Virus record (IMG/VR): IMGVR_UViG_2654588006_000001
Source of the DNA: a virus
Taxonomy: Duplodnaviria; Heunggongvirae; Uroviricota; Caudoviricetes
Strand: one strand, 5' to 3'
Length of the DNA: 33,854 bases
The notes beneath the pieces were generated by a model, which worked only from the letters and a program-made list of their open reading frames with translations, did not search any database and was not told the DNA's origin. The position numbers and the translations under genes were made by a program. Numbering within the stretch: the stretch's first letter is position 1; the number at the start of each line of letters is the position of its first letter. Below are positions 1-8,337 of the stretch, piece after piece.

Positions 1-318
1 ATGAAAAAGATAGCTGCTATATCATTAATTAGTATTTTTATTATGTCTGGTTGTGCTGTGCATAATGATGAGACAAGTATCGGTAAATTTGGTCTTGCAT
101 ATAAAAGTAATATTCAGCGTAAACTCGATAATCAATACTACACCGAAGCCGAAGCTTCTTTAGCCAGGGGCAGAATATCTGGTGCAGAAAATATAGTAAA
201 AAATGATGCAGCCCATTTCTGTGTTACTCAGGGCAAAAAAATGCAGATAGTTGACCTGAAGACAGAAGGTGCAGGATTACATGGCGTCGCTCGTCTGACA
301 TTCAAATGTGGAGAGTGA
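1..318 (+). CDS. yegR: Small lipoprotein (host flank), 105 aa
   Basis: N-terminal signal peptide with lipobox (…FIMSG-C) seen in translation; lies outside the att repeat. Symbol assigned from recalled E. coli K-12 synteny (yegQ-cyaR-ogrK-yegZ-yegR) and matching orientation, not from a search. Confidence 0.5.
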   Translation: MKKIAAISLISIFIMSGCAVHNDETSIGKFGLAYKSNIQRKLDNQYYTEAEASLARGRISGAENIVKNDAAHFCVTQGKKMQIVDLKTEGAGLHGVARLTFKCGE

Positions 319-380
319 GAATATTTTTTGGTAAGCGTCAAACATGCGCGTTCTGGTTGTGCTTAGCCGGAACCTGTGCG

Positions 381-413
381 AGCACGATGCCGTTACGTGA
401 AAGGCATCGTGCT
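381..413. repeat. Perfect 11-bp inverted repeat (agcacgatgcc / ggcatcgtgct) with ~11-nt loop
   Basis: Read directly from sequence; sits between the lipoprotein gene and attL, no clear U-tract. Confidence 0.5.
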
Positions 414-477
414 ATGAAGGGAGATTCTATCGATGTGGTCAATGGAAGACGGTTACCAGAGATAGGGCTTATGCATA

Positions 478-504
478 AAAAAATAAGCCCGTGTAAGGGA
501 GATT
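478..504. repeat. attL core: 27-bp direct repeat aaaaaataagcccgtgtaagggagatt
   Basis: Identical 27-mer at 32322..32348; flanking bases differ on both sides; int lies immediately inside. Matches the 27-bp P2 att core as I recall it. Confidence 0.9.
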
Positions 505-583
505 TAGGGTGTCACCAGTAGGGGCTTTCAACGGTACAATGCGGGTTTGAGCGGCATAAATTACCACTGAAAGCCCTTAAACG

Positions 584-1597
584 TTACTCTACTGTGGACA
601 CTGTGTGGACACTCTCGACCTCAGTACCACCTCTTAGCGGATTAAGAGAAATGGCGTCCTGAAGGTACTCTGGCGCAAAATGAGCGTAAACCATAGTTTG
701 CTCAATCCGCGTGTGACCTAGTATCCGTTGTAGCGTGATAATACTTCCTCCATTAATCATGAAATGAGTGGCAAAGCTGTGCCTTAGTGCATGTGTAGCT
801 TGCCCCATTGGCAAATCCGGTTTTATTGCTTTCATTGTTCGTCTGAAGCGAGGGTAATCAGCATCAGGGAATAAAAAACCTCGTTTGTTATCCGCGATCA
901 TTTTGGCAACAGCCTCTGAGATCGGGACGGTGCGTGGTTTGTTTGTTTTCGTTTTAACAAACGTGACGCGGTTATGGATGATATTTTCTGCTTTCAAACG
1001 AGCTGCTTCTCCCCAACGTGCTCCAGTACTCAGGCAAAGAATCGCAATCTTTTTGTTGTCGCCGTCAAGAGCAGCAAGCAGTAAGGCAATTTCTTCCTGC
1101 GTGAGATAGCCTGTGTCTGGTTTTTCCTCCTTAAGCCTTTTTGTCCCTCTGATAGGGTGCTCACCAAAGAATAACTCCGCTTCAATCAGGGCTGTAAACA
1201 TGCCGCTAATACATGTTAAATCACGATTGATACTCGAAGGTTTAATACCCTGACTTCTTCGGGTGGCGCAGTACTGGCTGATAAGCGATTTCGTAATTTG
1301 AAATGCGCATGGGTCATTCGTTATTTTTGTGAAGATTTCAATTTTCCCAAGATTAGATTTCCCATGCTCTTCGTGTTTACCCTTTAAATCCCACCAGATC
1401 TGTGTCAGCTCCGACAGACGTCGCTTGTCTGTTGGTTTTGATAGCCATTCTTTATTGTGGTGGTTGTACAACGTGTATTTCTCGAAAGCGACAGCTTCGC
1501 TTTTCTTATCAAACTTCCTACGGATGCGTTTTCCATTACGTCCAGTAGGGCGGATGTCCACTTCATATCGACCATCATCGAGTTTTTTGATTGCCAT
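584..1597 (-). CDS. int: Tyrosine integrase (P2 Int-like), 337 aa
   Basis: C-terminal catalytic region HALRHSFATHF…LGH…VYAH (R-H-R-Y tyrosine recombinase pattern); adjacent to attL; strong RBS ggaggg; length equals P2 Int as recalled. Confidence 0.95.
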   Translation of the reverse strand: MAIKKLDDGRYEVDIRPTGRNGKRIRRKFDKKSEAVAFEKYTLYNHHNKEWLSKPTDKRRLSELTQIWWDLKGKHEEHGKSNLGKIEIFTKITNDPCAFQITKSLISQYCATRRSQGIKPSSINRDLTCISGMFTALIEAELFFGEHPIRGTKRLKEEKPDTGYLTQEEIALLLAALDGDNKKIAILCLSTGARWGEAARLKAENIIHNRVTFVKTKTNKPRTVPISEAVAKMIADNKRGFLFPDADYPRFRRTMKAIKPDLPMGQATHALRHSFATHFMINGGSIITLQRILGHTRIEQTMVYAHFAPEYLQDAISLNPLRGGTEVESVHTVSTVE

Positions 1598-1712
1598 CAG
1601 AAAACCCTCCGAGTGGTGTGTTTTTTTGCGACTACTAATCGCTTTTTTCGTGGTGGCTGAAATTTAGCCACCAATAGTAGGCACTTGTGATGAATATATT
1701 CACGATGAATTG

Positions 1713-2012
1713 TTAACCAGTCTTTTGACCGGAGTGGGGCGACGTTGTTTCGTTTTGCCCAAAGTGTGCGAGAGCGGGCGCAATTTGCCCGGACTCAGGA
1801 GCGATCTGATTGGTCATGAACCATAAAGTGTATTTGGTGAATTGTGGGGTCTGCAGGATGTTCATCATGACATCTGTTGGAGGTGTTGAACGACCACTTT
1901 CATAGTAACTCAGCGTGCCATACGGAACCCCTGTTAAATCAGCAAGTTGTTGTCTGCTCAAATACTCTGATTTTCGCATTAAGACTATCTTCTCGCTTAT
2001 CGTGTTTGACAT
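1713..2012 (-). CDS. C: Immunity repressor C, 99 aa
   Basis: HTH-like segment LSRQQLADLTGVPYGTLSYYESG; divergent from cox; position and length as in P2. Confidence 0.9.
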   Translation of the reverse strand: MSNTISEKIVLMRKSEYLSRQQLADLTGVPYGTLSYYESGRSTPPTDVMMNILQTPQFTKYTLWFMTNQIAPESGQIAPALAHFGQNETTSPHSGQKTG

Positions 2013-2126
2013 GGTGTTTAGATCTCAATAGTATTTAGTTTAGATGTAGATTGTTTAGTGCTTGGATGTGGGCACTAAAAGGCATTATAAGACATTAAAC
2101 GCAATTCATGAGGGCTAGAGGACGAC
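2013..2126. promoter_or_regulatory. C/cox divergent immunity switch region (Pc/Pe) with direct repeats gtttagat (2016..2023, 2038..2045)
   Basis: Intergenic between divergent C and cox; two 8-bp direct repeats 22 bp apart read from sequence, consistent with the direct-repeat operator architecture recalled for P2 C. Exact promoter elements not mapped. Confidence 0.55.
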
Positions 2127-2402
2127 ATGAGCAAGCAAGTAACACTCATGACTGATGCGATTCCTTATCAGGAGTTCGCAAAACTAATAGGAAAATCGAC
2201 AGGAGCGGTTCGTCGGATGATCGATAAAGGAAAGCTGCCTGTAATTGATATGACCGATCCACAATCAGCTTCAGGTCGTGCAGGTGAATATTGGGTATAC
2301 CTTCCGGCATGGAATAACGGACTAAAACTGGCTTATGAAAGCCGCCCTAAAGAGATTCGTGACGGCTGGTTGATGTGGTTAGGTCTCGGTGAACCACGTT
2401 AA
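2127..2402 (+). CDS. cox: Cox excisionase/repressor, 91 aa
   Basis: Position immediately right of C, divergent; length equals P2 Cox as recalled; RBS gagg upstream. Confidence 0.88.
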   Translation: MSKQVTLMTDAIPYQEFAKLIGKSTGAVRRMIDKGKLPVIDMTDPQSASGRAGEYWVYLPAWNNGLKLAYESRPKEIRDGWLMWLGLGEPR

Positions 2403-2412
2403 GGAGAACCGT

Positions 2413-2583
2413 ATGAATGAGCCTCGTTGTATTGCTCAGTTACTGCGTAACGAAAGCCCCAGGGCGATTGACTTCACCATCACCCACGGTAAGGGGCGTA
2501 AGGGAATCATTATCCGCACCAAAAAACAGAGTCCGTTAAAAAAGGCTCTGACCTTTCTGAAAAGCCGGAGGGTATGGAAATGA
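2413..2583 (+). CDS. Small hypothetical protein (P2 orf78 position)
   Basis: ATG at 2413 preceded by aaggag RBS; the track ORF from 2389 probably starts here. Synteny only. Confidence 0.6.
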   Translation: MNEPRCIAQLLRNESPRAIDFTITHGKGRKGIIIRTKKQSPLKKALTFLKSRRVWK

Positions 2584-3080
2584 CAGTGATGACGCTCAAT
2601 CTCGTTGAAAAACAGCCAGCAGCTATGCGCCGGATAATTGGCAAGCATCTTGCCGTCCCTCGCTGGCAGGATACATGTGATTATTATAATCAGATGATGG
2701 AGCGCGAACGGCTAACGGTTTGCTTTCATGCACAGTTAAAACAGCGTCACGCAACGATGCGTTTTGAAGAAATGAACGACGTCGAACGTGAACGGCTGGT
2801 TTGTGCAATTGATGAATTGCGTGGGGCATTCTCAAAACGCCGTCAGGTCGGTGCAAGTGAGTATGCATATATTAGTTTTTTAACAGTCAGCCAGCGACGT
2901 ACTTTATTTATGCACGCACGACTGACAGAAAAAGAATTCAACCAGCCGTACTGGCGAATTAATGAAGAATCATGTTACTGGCGTGATGCTTTATTCCGTG
3001 CATTACGTGAATTATTCAGTCTGTTTGAGTATGCACCGACAATTCTGACGTCGGTAAAACCAGAGCAATATCTGCATTAA
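2580..3080 (+). CDS. B: Replication protein B (helicase-loader-like), ~166 aa
   Basis: Synteny (cox-orf78-B) and length; start chosen at second ATG (MTVM…) because the RBS spacing to 2574 is too short. Confidence 0.75.
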   Translation: MTVMTLNLVEKQPAAMRRIIGKHLAVPRWQDTCDYYNQMMERERLTVCFHAQLKQRHATMRFEEMNDVERERLVCAIDELRGAFSKRRQVGASEYAYISFLTVSQRRTLFMHARLTEKEFNQPYWRINEESCYWRDALFRALRELFSLFEYAPTILTSVKPEQYLH

Positions 3081-3143
3081 ATAATTAACCAGAGTTTTTA
3101 ACGCACTTAATCGTGCGGGGCTTCTTTTTGCCTGGAGAAAGTC

Positions 3144-3368
3144 ATGCATACAGTTTCTGAAAATCAGTGCGGTAAATACGCATTACTGCTGCAACAGGCC
3201 AGAACCGAAGCACAGGCCGACGCTGCGACGCGCTTTTCTTCTCATCTTGACGCCATGATTCGCCATATCACAAAGGCGGAGTTATCCCGCGTGGAGATAG
3301 TCGAGCTGCTCAGTCAGGAGTCGGAAAAATTTCACAATATCGGATTGTCTCGCGGGGAGGTGCTTTGA
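3144..3368 (+). CDS. Hypothetical early protein (P2 orf80 position)
   Basis: Synteny between B and A; 74 aa. Confidence 0.6.
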   Translation: MHTVSENQCGKYALLLQQARTEAQADAATRFSSHLDAMIRHITKAELSRVEIVELLSQESEKFHNIGLSRGEVL

Positions 3369-3670
3369 TGTCCTGTTCTCATTCAGTTGTATTACTGAAT
3401 AACGCCTTAAAAATCGCCGTTATGGAAAATGGTGATTTATCTCTTATTCAACTTTGTCTTGATAAAGAAAAACGCGACATAACTGAATCTGTTATCGCGA
3501 TTTATCAGAATGAATTAAACCTCCTGTCTGATGTGGTCAATTTACTTGTTAAACGCGCTGTATTCCACAAGCAAATTTCCTCCGTGGATGAACTGACAAA
3601 ATTAACGACAGAAATCGTCAGCTATTGCGCTGATGAATTTAAGAAACTGAACGACAAAAGGAACTGGTAA
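3365..3670 (+). CDS. Hypothetical early protein (P2 orf81 position)
   Basis: Synteny; start overlaps upstream stop (translational coupling). Confidence 0.6.
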   Translation: MMSCSHSVVLLNNALKIAVMENGDLSLIQLCLDKEKRDITESVIAIYQNELNLLSDVVNLLVKRAVFHKQISSVDELTKLTTEIVSYCADEFKKLNDKRNW

Positions 3671-3894
3671 TGCCGGACAACGTAGATTTCATTCAGGAAC
3701 AACAGGCTGAATTACTGGAGCGCCAGATTAACGCGGCAAGGGTAAAACATTGCGGTGTTTCTGCGCTGGTTTGCGAAGAGTGTGACGTGCCAATACCTGC
3801 TGCCCGTCGTGCGGCTTATCCGTCAGCCACGCGTTGTGTTTCCTGTCAGTCAGTCTTTGAAGCAAAAAACAAACATTACCGGAGAACGGCATGA
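3670..3894 (+). CDS. TraR/DksA-type C4 zinc-finger protein (P2 orf82 position)
   Basis: CxxC…CxxC pattern (CEECDV…CVSCQ) seen in translation; synteny. Confidence 0.7.
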   Translation: MPDNVDFIQEQQAELLERQINAARVKHCGVSALVCEECDVPIPAARRAAYPSATRCVSCQSVFEAKNKHYRRTA

Positions 3895-4166
3895 GTATTC
3901 GTATTGAAATTGGCGAACGTTATGTCGTTACCAGTGACAGCTTTCAGTTTATTCTCCACGAGAAAAAGAGAGCGGAAAGCGGTAAAAACGCCGGTCAGGA
4001 ATGGCTGTCGGTGGTTGGTTATTACCCGAAATTAAGCCAGCTCGTTTCCGGCATGATGCATCACGATATTCTGACCGGAAGCGCAAAGTCTTTTGCTGAT
4101 TTAAACGCGCAGGTTGAGCAACTCAGCAAGCGTTGTTCAGAGGCTTTTGGCTCATATGGCCGTTAA
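3891..4166 (+). CDS. Hypothetical early protein (P2 orf83 position)
   Basis: Synteny; 91 aa. Confidence 0.6.
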   Translation: MSIRIEIGERYVVTSDSFQFILHEKKRAESGKNAGQEWLSVVGYYPKLSQLVSGMMHHDILTGSAKSFADLNAQVEQLSKRCSEAFGSYGR

Positions 4167-6408
4167 AGCCTCCGGGCGTTTTGTCCCTCCATCAGCATTT
4201 GCCGCAGGCACCGGTAAGGCGTTTACCGGTGCTTATGCATGGAACGCGCCACGCGAGGCTGTCGGGCGCGAAAGACCCCTTACACGTGACGAGATGCGTC
4301 AGGTGCAAGGTGTTTTATCCACGATTAACCGCCTGCCTTACTTTTTGCGCTCGCTGTTTACTTCACGCTATGACTACATCCGGCGCAATAAAAGCCCGGT
4401 GCACGGGTTTTATTTCCTCACATCCACTTTTCAGCGTCGTTTATGGCCGCGCATTGAGCGCGTGAATCAGCGCCATGAAATGAACACCGACGCGTCGTTG
4501 CTGTTTCTGGCAGAGCGTGACCATTATGCGCGTCTGCCGGGGATGAATGACAAGGAACTGAAAAAGTTTGCCGCCCGTATCTCATCGCAGCTTTTCATGA
4601 TGTATGAGGAACTCTGCGATGCATGGGTTGATGCACATGGCGAGAAAGAATCGCTGTTTACGGATGAGGCTCAGGCGCATCTGTATGGTCATGTTGCTGG
4701 CGCTGCACGAGCTTTCAATATTTCCCCTCTCTACTGGAAAAAATACCGTAAAGGACAGATGACCACGAGGCAGGCATATTCTGCCATTGCCCGTCTGTTT
4801 AACGATGAGTGGTGGACTCATCAGCTTAAAGGTCAGCGTATGCGCTGGCATGAGGCGTTACTGATTGCTGTCGGGGAGGTGAATAAAGACCGTTCTCCTT
4901 ATGCCAGTAAACATGCCATTCGTGATGTGCGTGCGCGCCGCCAGGCAAATCTGGAATTTCTTAAATCGTGTGACCTTGAAAACAGGGAAACCGGCGAGCG
5001 CATCGACCTTATCAGTAAGGTGATGGGAAGTATTTCTAATCCTGAAATTCGCCGGATGGAGCTGATGAACACCATTGCCGGTATTGAGCGTTACGCCGCC
5101 GCAGAGGGTGATGTGGGGATGTTTATCACGCTGACCGCGCCGTCAAAGTATCACCCGACACGTCAGGTCGGAAAAGGCGAAAGTAAAACCGTCCAGCTAA
5201 ATCACGGCTGGAACGATGAGGCATTTAATCCAAAGGATGCGCAGCGTTATCTCTGCCGCATCTGGAGCCTGATGCGCACGGCATTCAAGGATAATGATTT
5301 ACAGGTCTACGGTTTGCGTGTCGTCGAGCCACACCACGACGGAACGCCGCACTGGCATATGATGCTTTTTTGTAATCCACGTCAGCGTAACCAGATTATC
5401 GAAACCATGCGTCGCTACGCGCTCAAAGAGGATGGCGACGAAAGAGGAGCCGAGCGAAACCGTTTTCAGGCGAAACACCTTAACCGGGGCGGTGCTGCGG
5501 GGTATATCGCGAAATACATTTCAAAAAATATCGACGGCTATGCACTGGATGGTCAGCTCGATAACGATACCGGCAGACCTCTGAAAGATACTGCCGCGGC
5601 TGTTACTGCATGGGCGTCAACGTGGCGCATCCCGCAATTTAAAACGGTTGGTCTGCCGACAATGGGGGCTTACCGTGAACTACGCAAATTGCCTCGCGGC
5701 GTCAGCATTGCTGATGAGTTTGACGAACGCGTCGAGGCTGCACGCGCTGCCGCAGACAGTGGCGATTTTGCGTTGTATATCAGTGCGCAGGGTGGGGCAA
5801 ATGTTCCGCGCGATTGCCAGACTGTCAGAGTCGCCCGTAGCCCGTCGGATGAAGTTAACGAGTACGAGGAAGAAGTCGAGAGAGTGGTCGGCATTTACGC
5901 GCCGCATCTCGGCGCGCGTCATATTCATATCACCAGAACGACGGACTGGCGCATTGTTCCGAAAGTTCCGGTCGTGGAGCCTTTAACTTTAAAAAGCGGC
6001 ATCGCCGCGCCTCGGAGTCCTGTCAATAACTGTGGAAAGCTTACCGGTGGTGATTCTCCGGTTATGACCCCCACACCGTCTGAGCAAGCCACAGCTGTGT
6101 TAAATCTGATTGATAAAGGAGTGATTGGTTGGGATGAGCCGGATGTTATAAAGGTGCTTAACGGCGCGTTAAACGCTGGTGCGCCTCAAAAAAGCAGCCA
6201 ACAAAGAAATGCAGCATCGCTCAAACCTGCTGAACAGACGCCATCAGCCAGGCTTACCAAAGCGGAGAGGGAGCGGATACCAAAAATTCGATTTGATTTG
6301 GTTCAGAAAGATATTGTTCCTGAGTGGTGGGAGCTTGAGGTTCTTGCTCGGGGAGCGAAAGTGCATTTTGGATATAAAGTATTCAAATATCACAATAATG
6401 ATAAATAG
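4156..6408 (+). CDS. A: Rolling-circle replication initiator gpA (HUH endonuclease)
   Basis: HUH motif (…EPHHDGTPHWHMMLF…) and paired tyrosines (GYIAKYISK) in translation; synteny. Start uncertain: the track ORF begins at 4114, 4156 (MAVKASGRF) minimises overlap with the upstream gene. Confidence 0.9.
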   Translation: MAVKASGRFVPPSAFAAGTGKAFTGAYAWNAPREAVGRERPLTRDEMRQVQGVLSTINRLPYFLRSLFTSRYDYIRRNKSPVHGFYFLTSTFQRRLWPRIERVNQRHEMNTDASLLFLAERDHYARLPGMNDKELKKFAARISSQLFMMYEELCDAWVDAHGEKESLFTDEAQAHLYGHVAGAARAFNISPLYWKKYRKGQMTTRQAYSAIARLFNDEWWTHQLKGQRMRWHEALLIAVGEVNKDRSPYASKHAIRDVRARRQANLEFLKSCDLENRETGERIDLISKVMGSISNPEIRRMELMNTIAGIERYAAAEGDVGMFITLTAPSKYHPTRQVGKGESKTVQLNHGWNDEAFNPKDAQRYLCRIWSLMRTAFKDNDLQVYGLRVVEPHHDGTPHWHMMLFCNPRQRNQIIETMRRYALKEDGDERGAERNRFQAKHLNRGGAAGYIAKYISKNIDGYALDGQLDNDTGRPLKDTAAAVTAWASTWRIPQFKTVGLPTMGAYRELRKLPRGVSIADEFDERVEAARAAADSGDFALYISAQGGANVPRDCQTVRVARSPSDEVNEYEEEVERVVGIYAPHLGARHIHITRTTDWRIVPKVPVVEPLTLKSGIAAPRSPVNNCGKLTGGDSPVMTPTPSEQATAVLNLIDKGVIGWDEPDVIKVLNGALNAGAPQKSSQQRNAASLKPAEQTPSARLTKAERERIPKIRFDLVQKDIVPEWWELEVLARGAKVHFGYKVFKYHNNDK

Positions 6409-6499
6409 GGGTGTGATTTCACTTCTTGTAAGTAGTAACATCAGAAGATTCCGATTACCGTTTGTCTTATTAGTTGCGTTTAAAAAGAGGTATTTTTAG

Positions 6500-7972
6500 A
6501 TGGTTGAAAATTTGAGTGAGATTAGAACATCGACCGTGACTGCATTGTTAGAGAAGGTAAGGCAGAATAATTATGGGAAGTATCTGTTAAAAGCTAAAAT
6601 TGGGCGAATTCGCGGATTTTCGGGAGAAGATATTACTTTTGAATTTCCTGTTACAGCCTTGGTTGGTCCTAATGGTAGTGGAAAATCCTCTGTTCTCGGC
6701 GTTGCAGGATGTGCCTATAAAGAAATTAAGCCTAGCGTTTTCTTTCCCAAAAGTGCAATTGGTGATGAAAGCATGGCGGGGTGGAAAGTTGAATATGATA
6801 TAATTGATAAAGTTATTAATCCTCGACAAACAGTTCGCAGAACTAGTAGTTTTAGAAGCGCTAAATGGGCGAGAGATGAAGTATTATCTAGAGATGTATA
6901 TTTCTTTGGTATCGAACGGACTGTCCCTGCTGGCGAGAAGACAAAGTACAAAAAGTTAACCCGTTCCTCTTACCAACATACAGGCAGTTTATCAACGTTG
7001 AGTGCAAATGTCGCAAAACAAATAGAACATATTTTGGGCAAGGATGTGTCTGCTTTTAATGTGACAGATATTGGCCATGATGAAAAGTTTTTTGTAGGCA
7101 ATAATAATGGTAGCCGTTATTCTGAATTCCATTTTGGTGCGGGTGAGTCATCAATTATAAGAATGGTTTCTGAGATAGAGAATGCATCTGATAACAGTTT
7201 GGTTCTTATTGAAGAAATTGAAAATGGGCTGCATCCGGTAGCAACGAGACGAATGGTCGAATATCTAATTGATGTTGCCAGTCGTAAATCAATTCAGGCT
7301 GTTTTTACCACACATAGTGATTATGCCCTGATGCCATTACCACAGGAAGCAATATGGGCATGTATTGATGGACGTCTTAGAAAAGGACGGTTAACTGTTG
7401 AATCTTTAAGGGCTATATCTGGTAGGGTTGACAAAAAATTAGCTATCTTTGTTGAGGATGAGTTTGCTAAATGCTGGGTTGATACTATTCTTCGGGAAAG
7501 ATTAGGTAGTGATTATGATCAATTAGAAGTACATGCCGTCGCTGGCGATGGAAATGCTGTATCTATTCATAAGTCACACAAGGCAAATCCTTCAATTAAA
7601 TTTAAATCGCTTTGTATTATTGACGGAGATTCTTCACAAGAAGATAGTGATGAAAATGGTGTCTTTAGATTGCCGGGGACTCAACCTGAACGTAGTGTAT
7701 TCGATGACATACTTGTGAAAATTGATAATATATTGGCAATACTTACTGTTTCTTGCCAACTGCCTCCAGAATCTCAAGGTAAAGTGAGAACAGTGGTTGA
7801 ATCTGTTTCAAGAACGAATCGAGATCCCCATCTTATTTTTAATCAAATAGGCATGGAATTAGGCTTCATTTCAGAAGTGATTATTCGGGGTGCATTTTTA
7901 AGCCTTTGGGCAAGGCAAAATGAAGATTATTGTAGTGATTTAGTAAACAAAGTTAAGGCCCTTCTGGATTGA
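6500..7972 (+). CDS. ABC-type ATPase with C-terminal Toprim-like domain (OLD-family-like), 490 aa; candidate defence cargo
   Basis: Walker A GPNGSGKSS; Walker B/D-loop LVLIEEIENGLHP; H-loop FTTHS; C-terminal acidic motifs IFVEDE and IIDGDS resembling Toprim E and DxD; aagagg RBS; visibly AT-rich; occupies the slot between A and cos. Confidence 0.75.
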   Translation: MVENLSEIRTSTVTALLEKVRQNNYGKYLLKAKIGRIRGFSGEDITFEFPVTALVGPNGSGKSSVLGVAGCAYKEIKPSVFFPKSAIGDESMAGWKVEYDIIDKVINPRQTVRRTSSFRSAKWARDEVLSRDVYFFGIERTVPAGEKTKYKKLTRSSYQHTGSLSTLSANVAKQIEHILGKDVSAFNVTDIGHDEKFFVGNNNGSRYSEFHFGAGESSIIRMVSEIENASDNSLVLIEEIENGLHPVATRRMVEYLIDVASRKSIQAVFTTHSDYALMPLPQEAIWACIDGRLRKGRLTVESLRAISGRVDKKLAIFVEDEFAKCWVDTILRERLGSDYDQLEVHAVAGDGNAVSIHKSHKANPSIKFKSLCIIDGDSSQEDSDENGVFRLPGTQPERSVFDDILVKIDNILAILTVSCQLPPESQGKVRTVVESVSRTNRDPHLIFNQIGMELGFISEVIIRGAFLSLWARQNEDYCSDLVNKVKALLD

Positions 7973-7987
7973 TTAGCACTTTGTGGA

Positions 7988-8020
7988 GATCTGGAGGATT
8001 TTCTCCAGATCTTATTATTT
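7988..8020 (+). terminator. Rho-independent terminator after the ATPase cargo gene
   Basis: 9-bp stem gatctggag / ctccagatc, loop gatttt, followed by T-rich tract ttattattt. Confidence 0.7.
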
Positions 8021-8149
8021 GAGTCATGTATTACTAGGTTGCATCTATTTGCATTTGTTTTTGATGTCATTCTGTACCTTTTTTGTCAGGCCTGACGTGG
8101 TTTCAGATTACTGAGGCACTTGCATCAAAACCGCCCCATGAAGCGGGCG

Positions 8150-8168
8150 GGCGAGGCGGGGAAAGCAC
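8150..8168. other. cos cohesive-end site (ggcgaggcggggaaagcac)
   Basis: Exact match to the 19-nt P2 cohesive end as I recall it; located between the cargo gene and Q, as expected in a prophage. Confidence 0.8.
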
Positions 8169-8337
8169 TGCGCGCTGGCGGTGGTGCTGATTTTATTTTT
8201 TCAGCGTCTGAGCGCGTCGTAATGGCGCTTAGTCTGCCCGTTGAGGCGTTGGTGTGTCTGCGGGGTGTTTTGTGCGGTGGTGAGCGTGTGAGGGCGTGAT
8301 GACGGGGTGTAAAAAAGCCGCCCGCAGGCGGCGATGT

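Noticed and set aside
306-521. 71-aa ORF spanning the attL core
   Set aside because: Crosses the host/prophage junction and the hairpin; no RBS; almost certainly non-coding.
4114-4155. Upstream start at 4114 for gene A
   Set aside because: Would overlap the preceding gene by 53 nt; 4156 is more parsimonious but remains uncertain.
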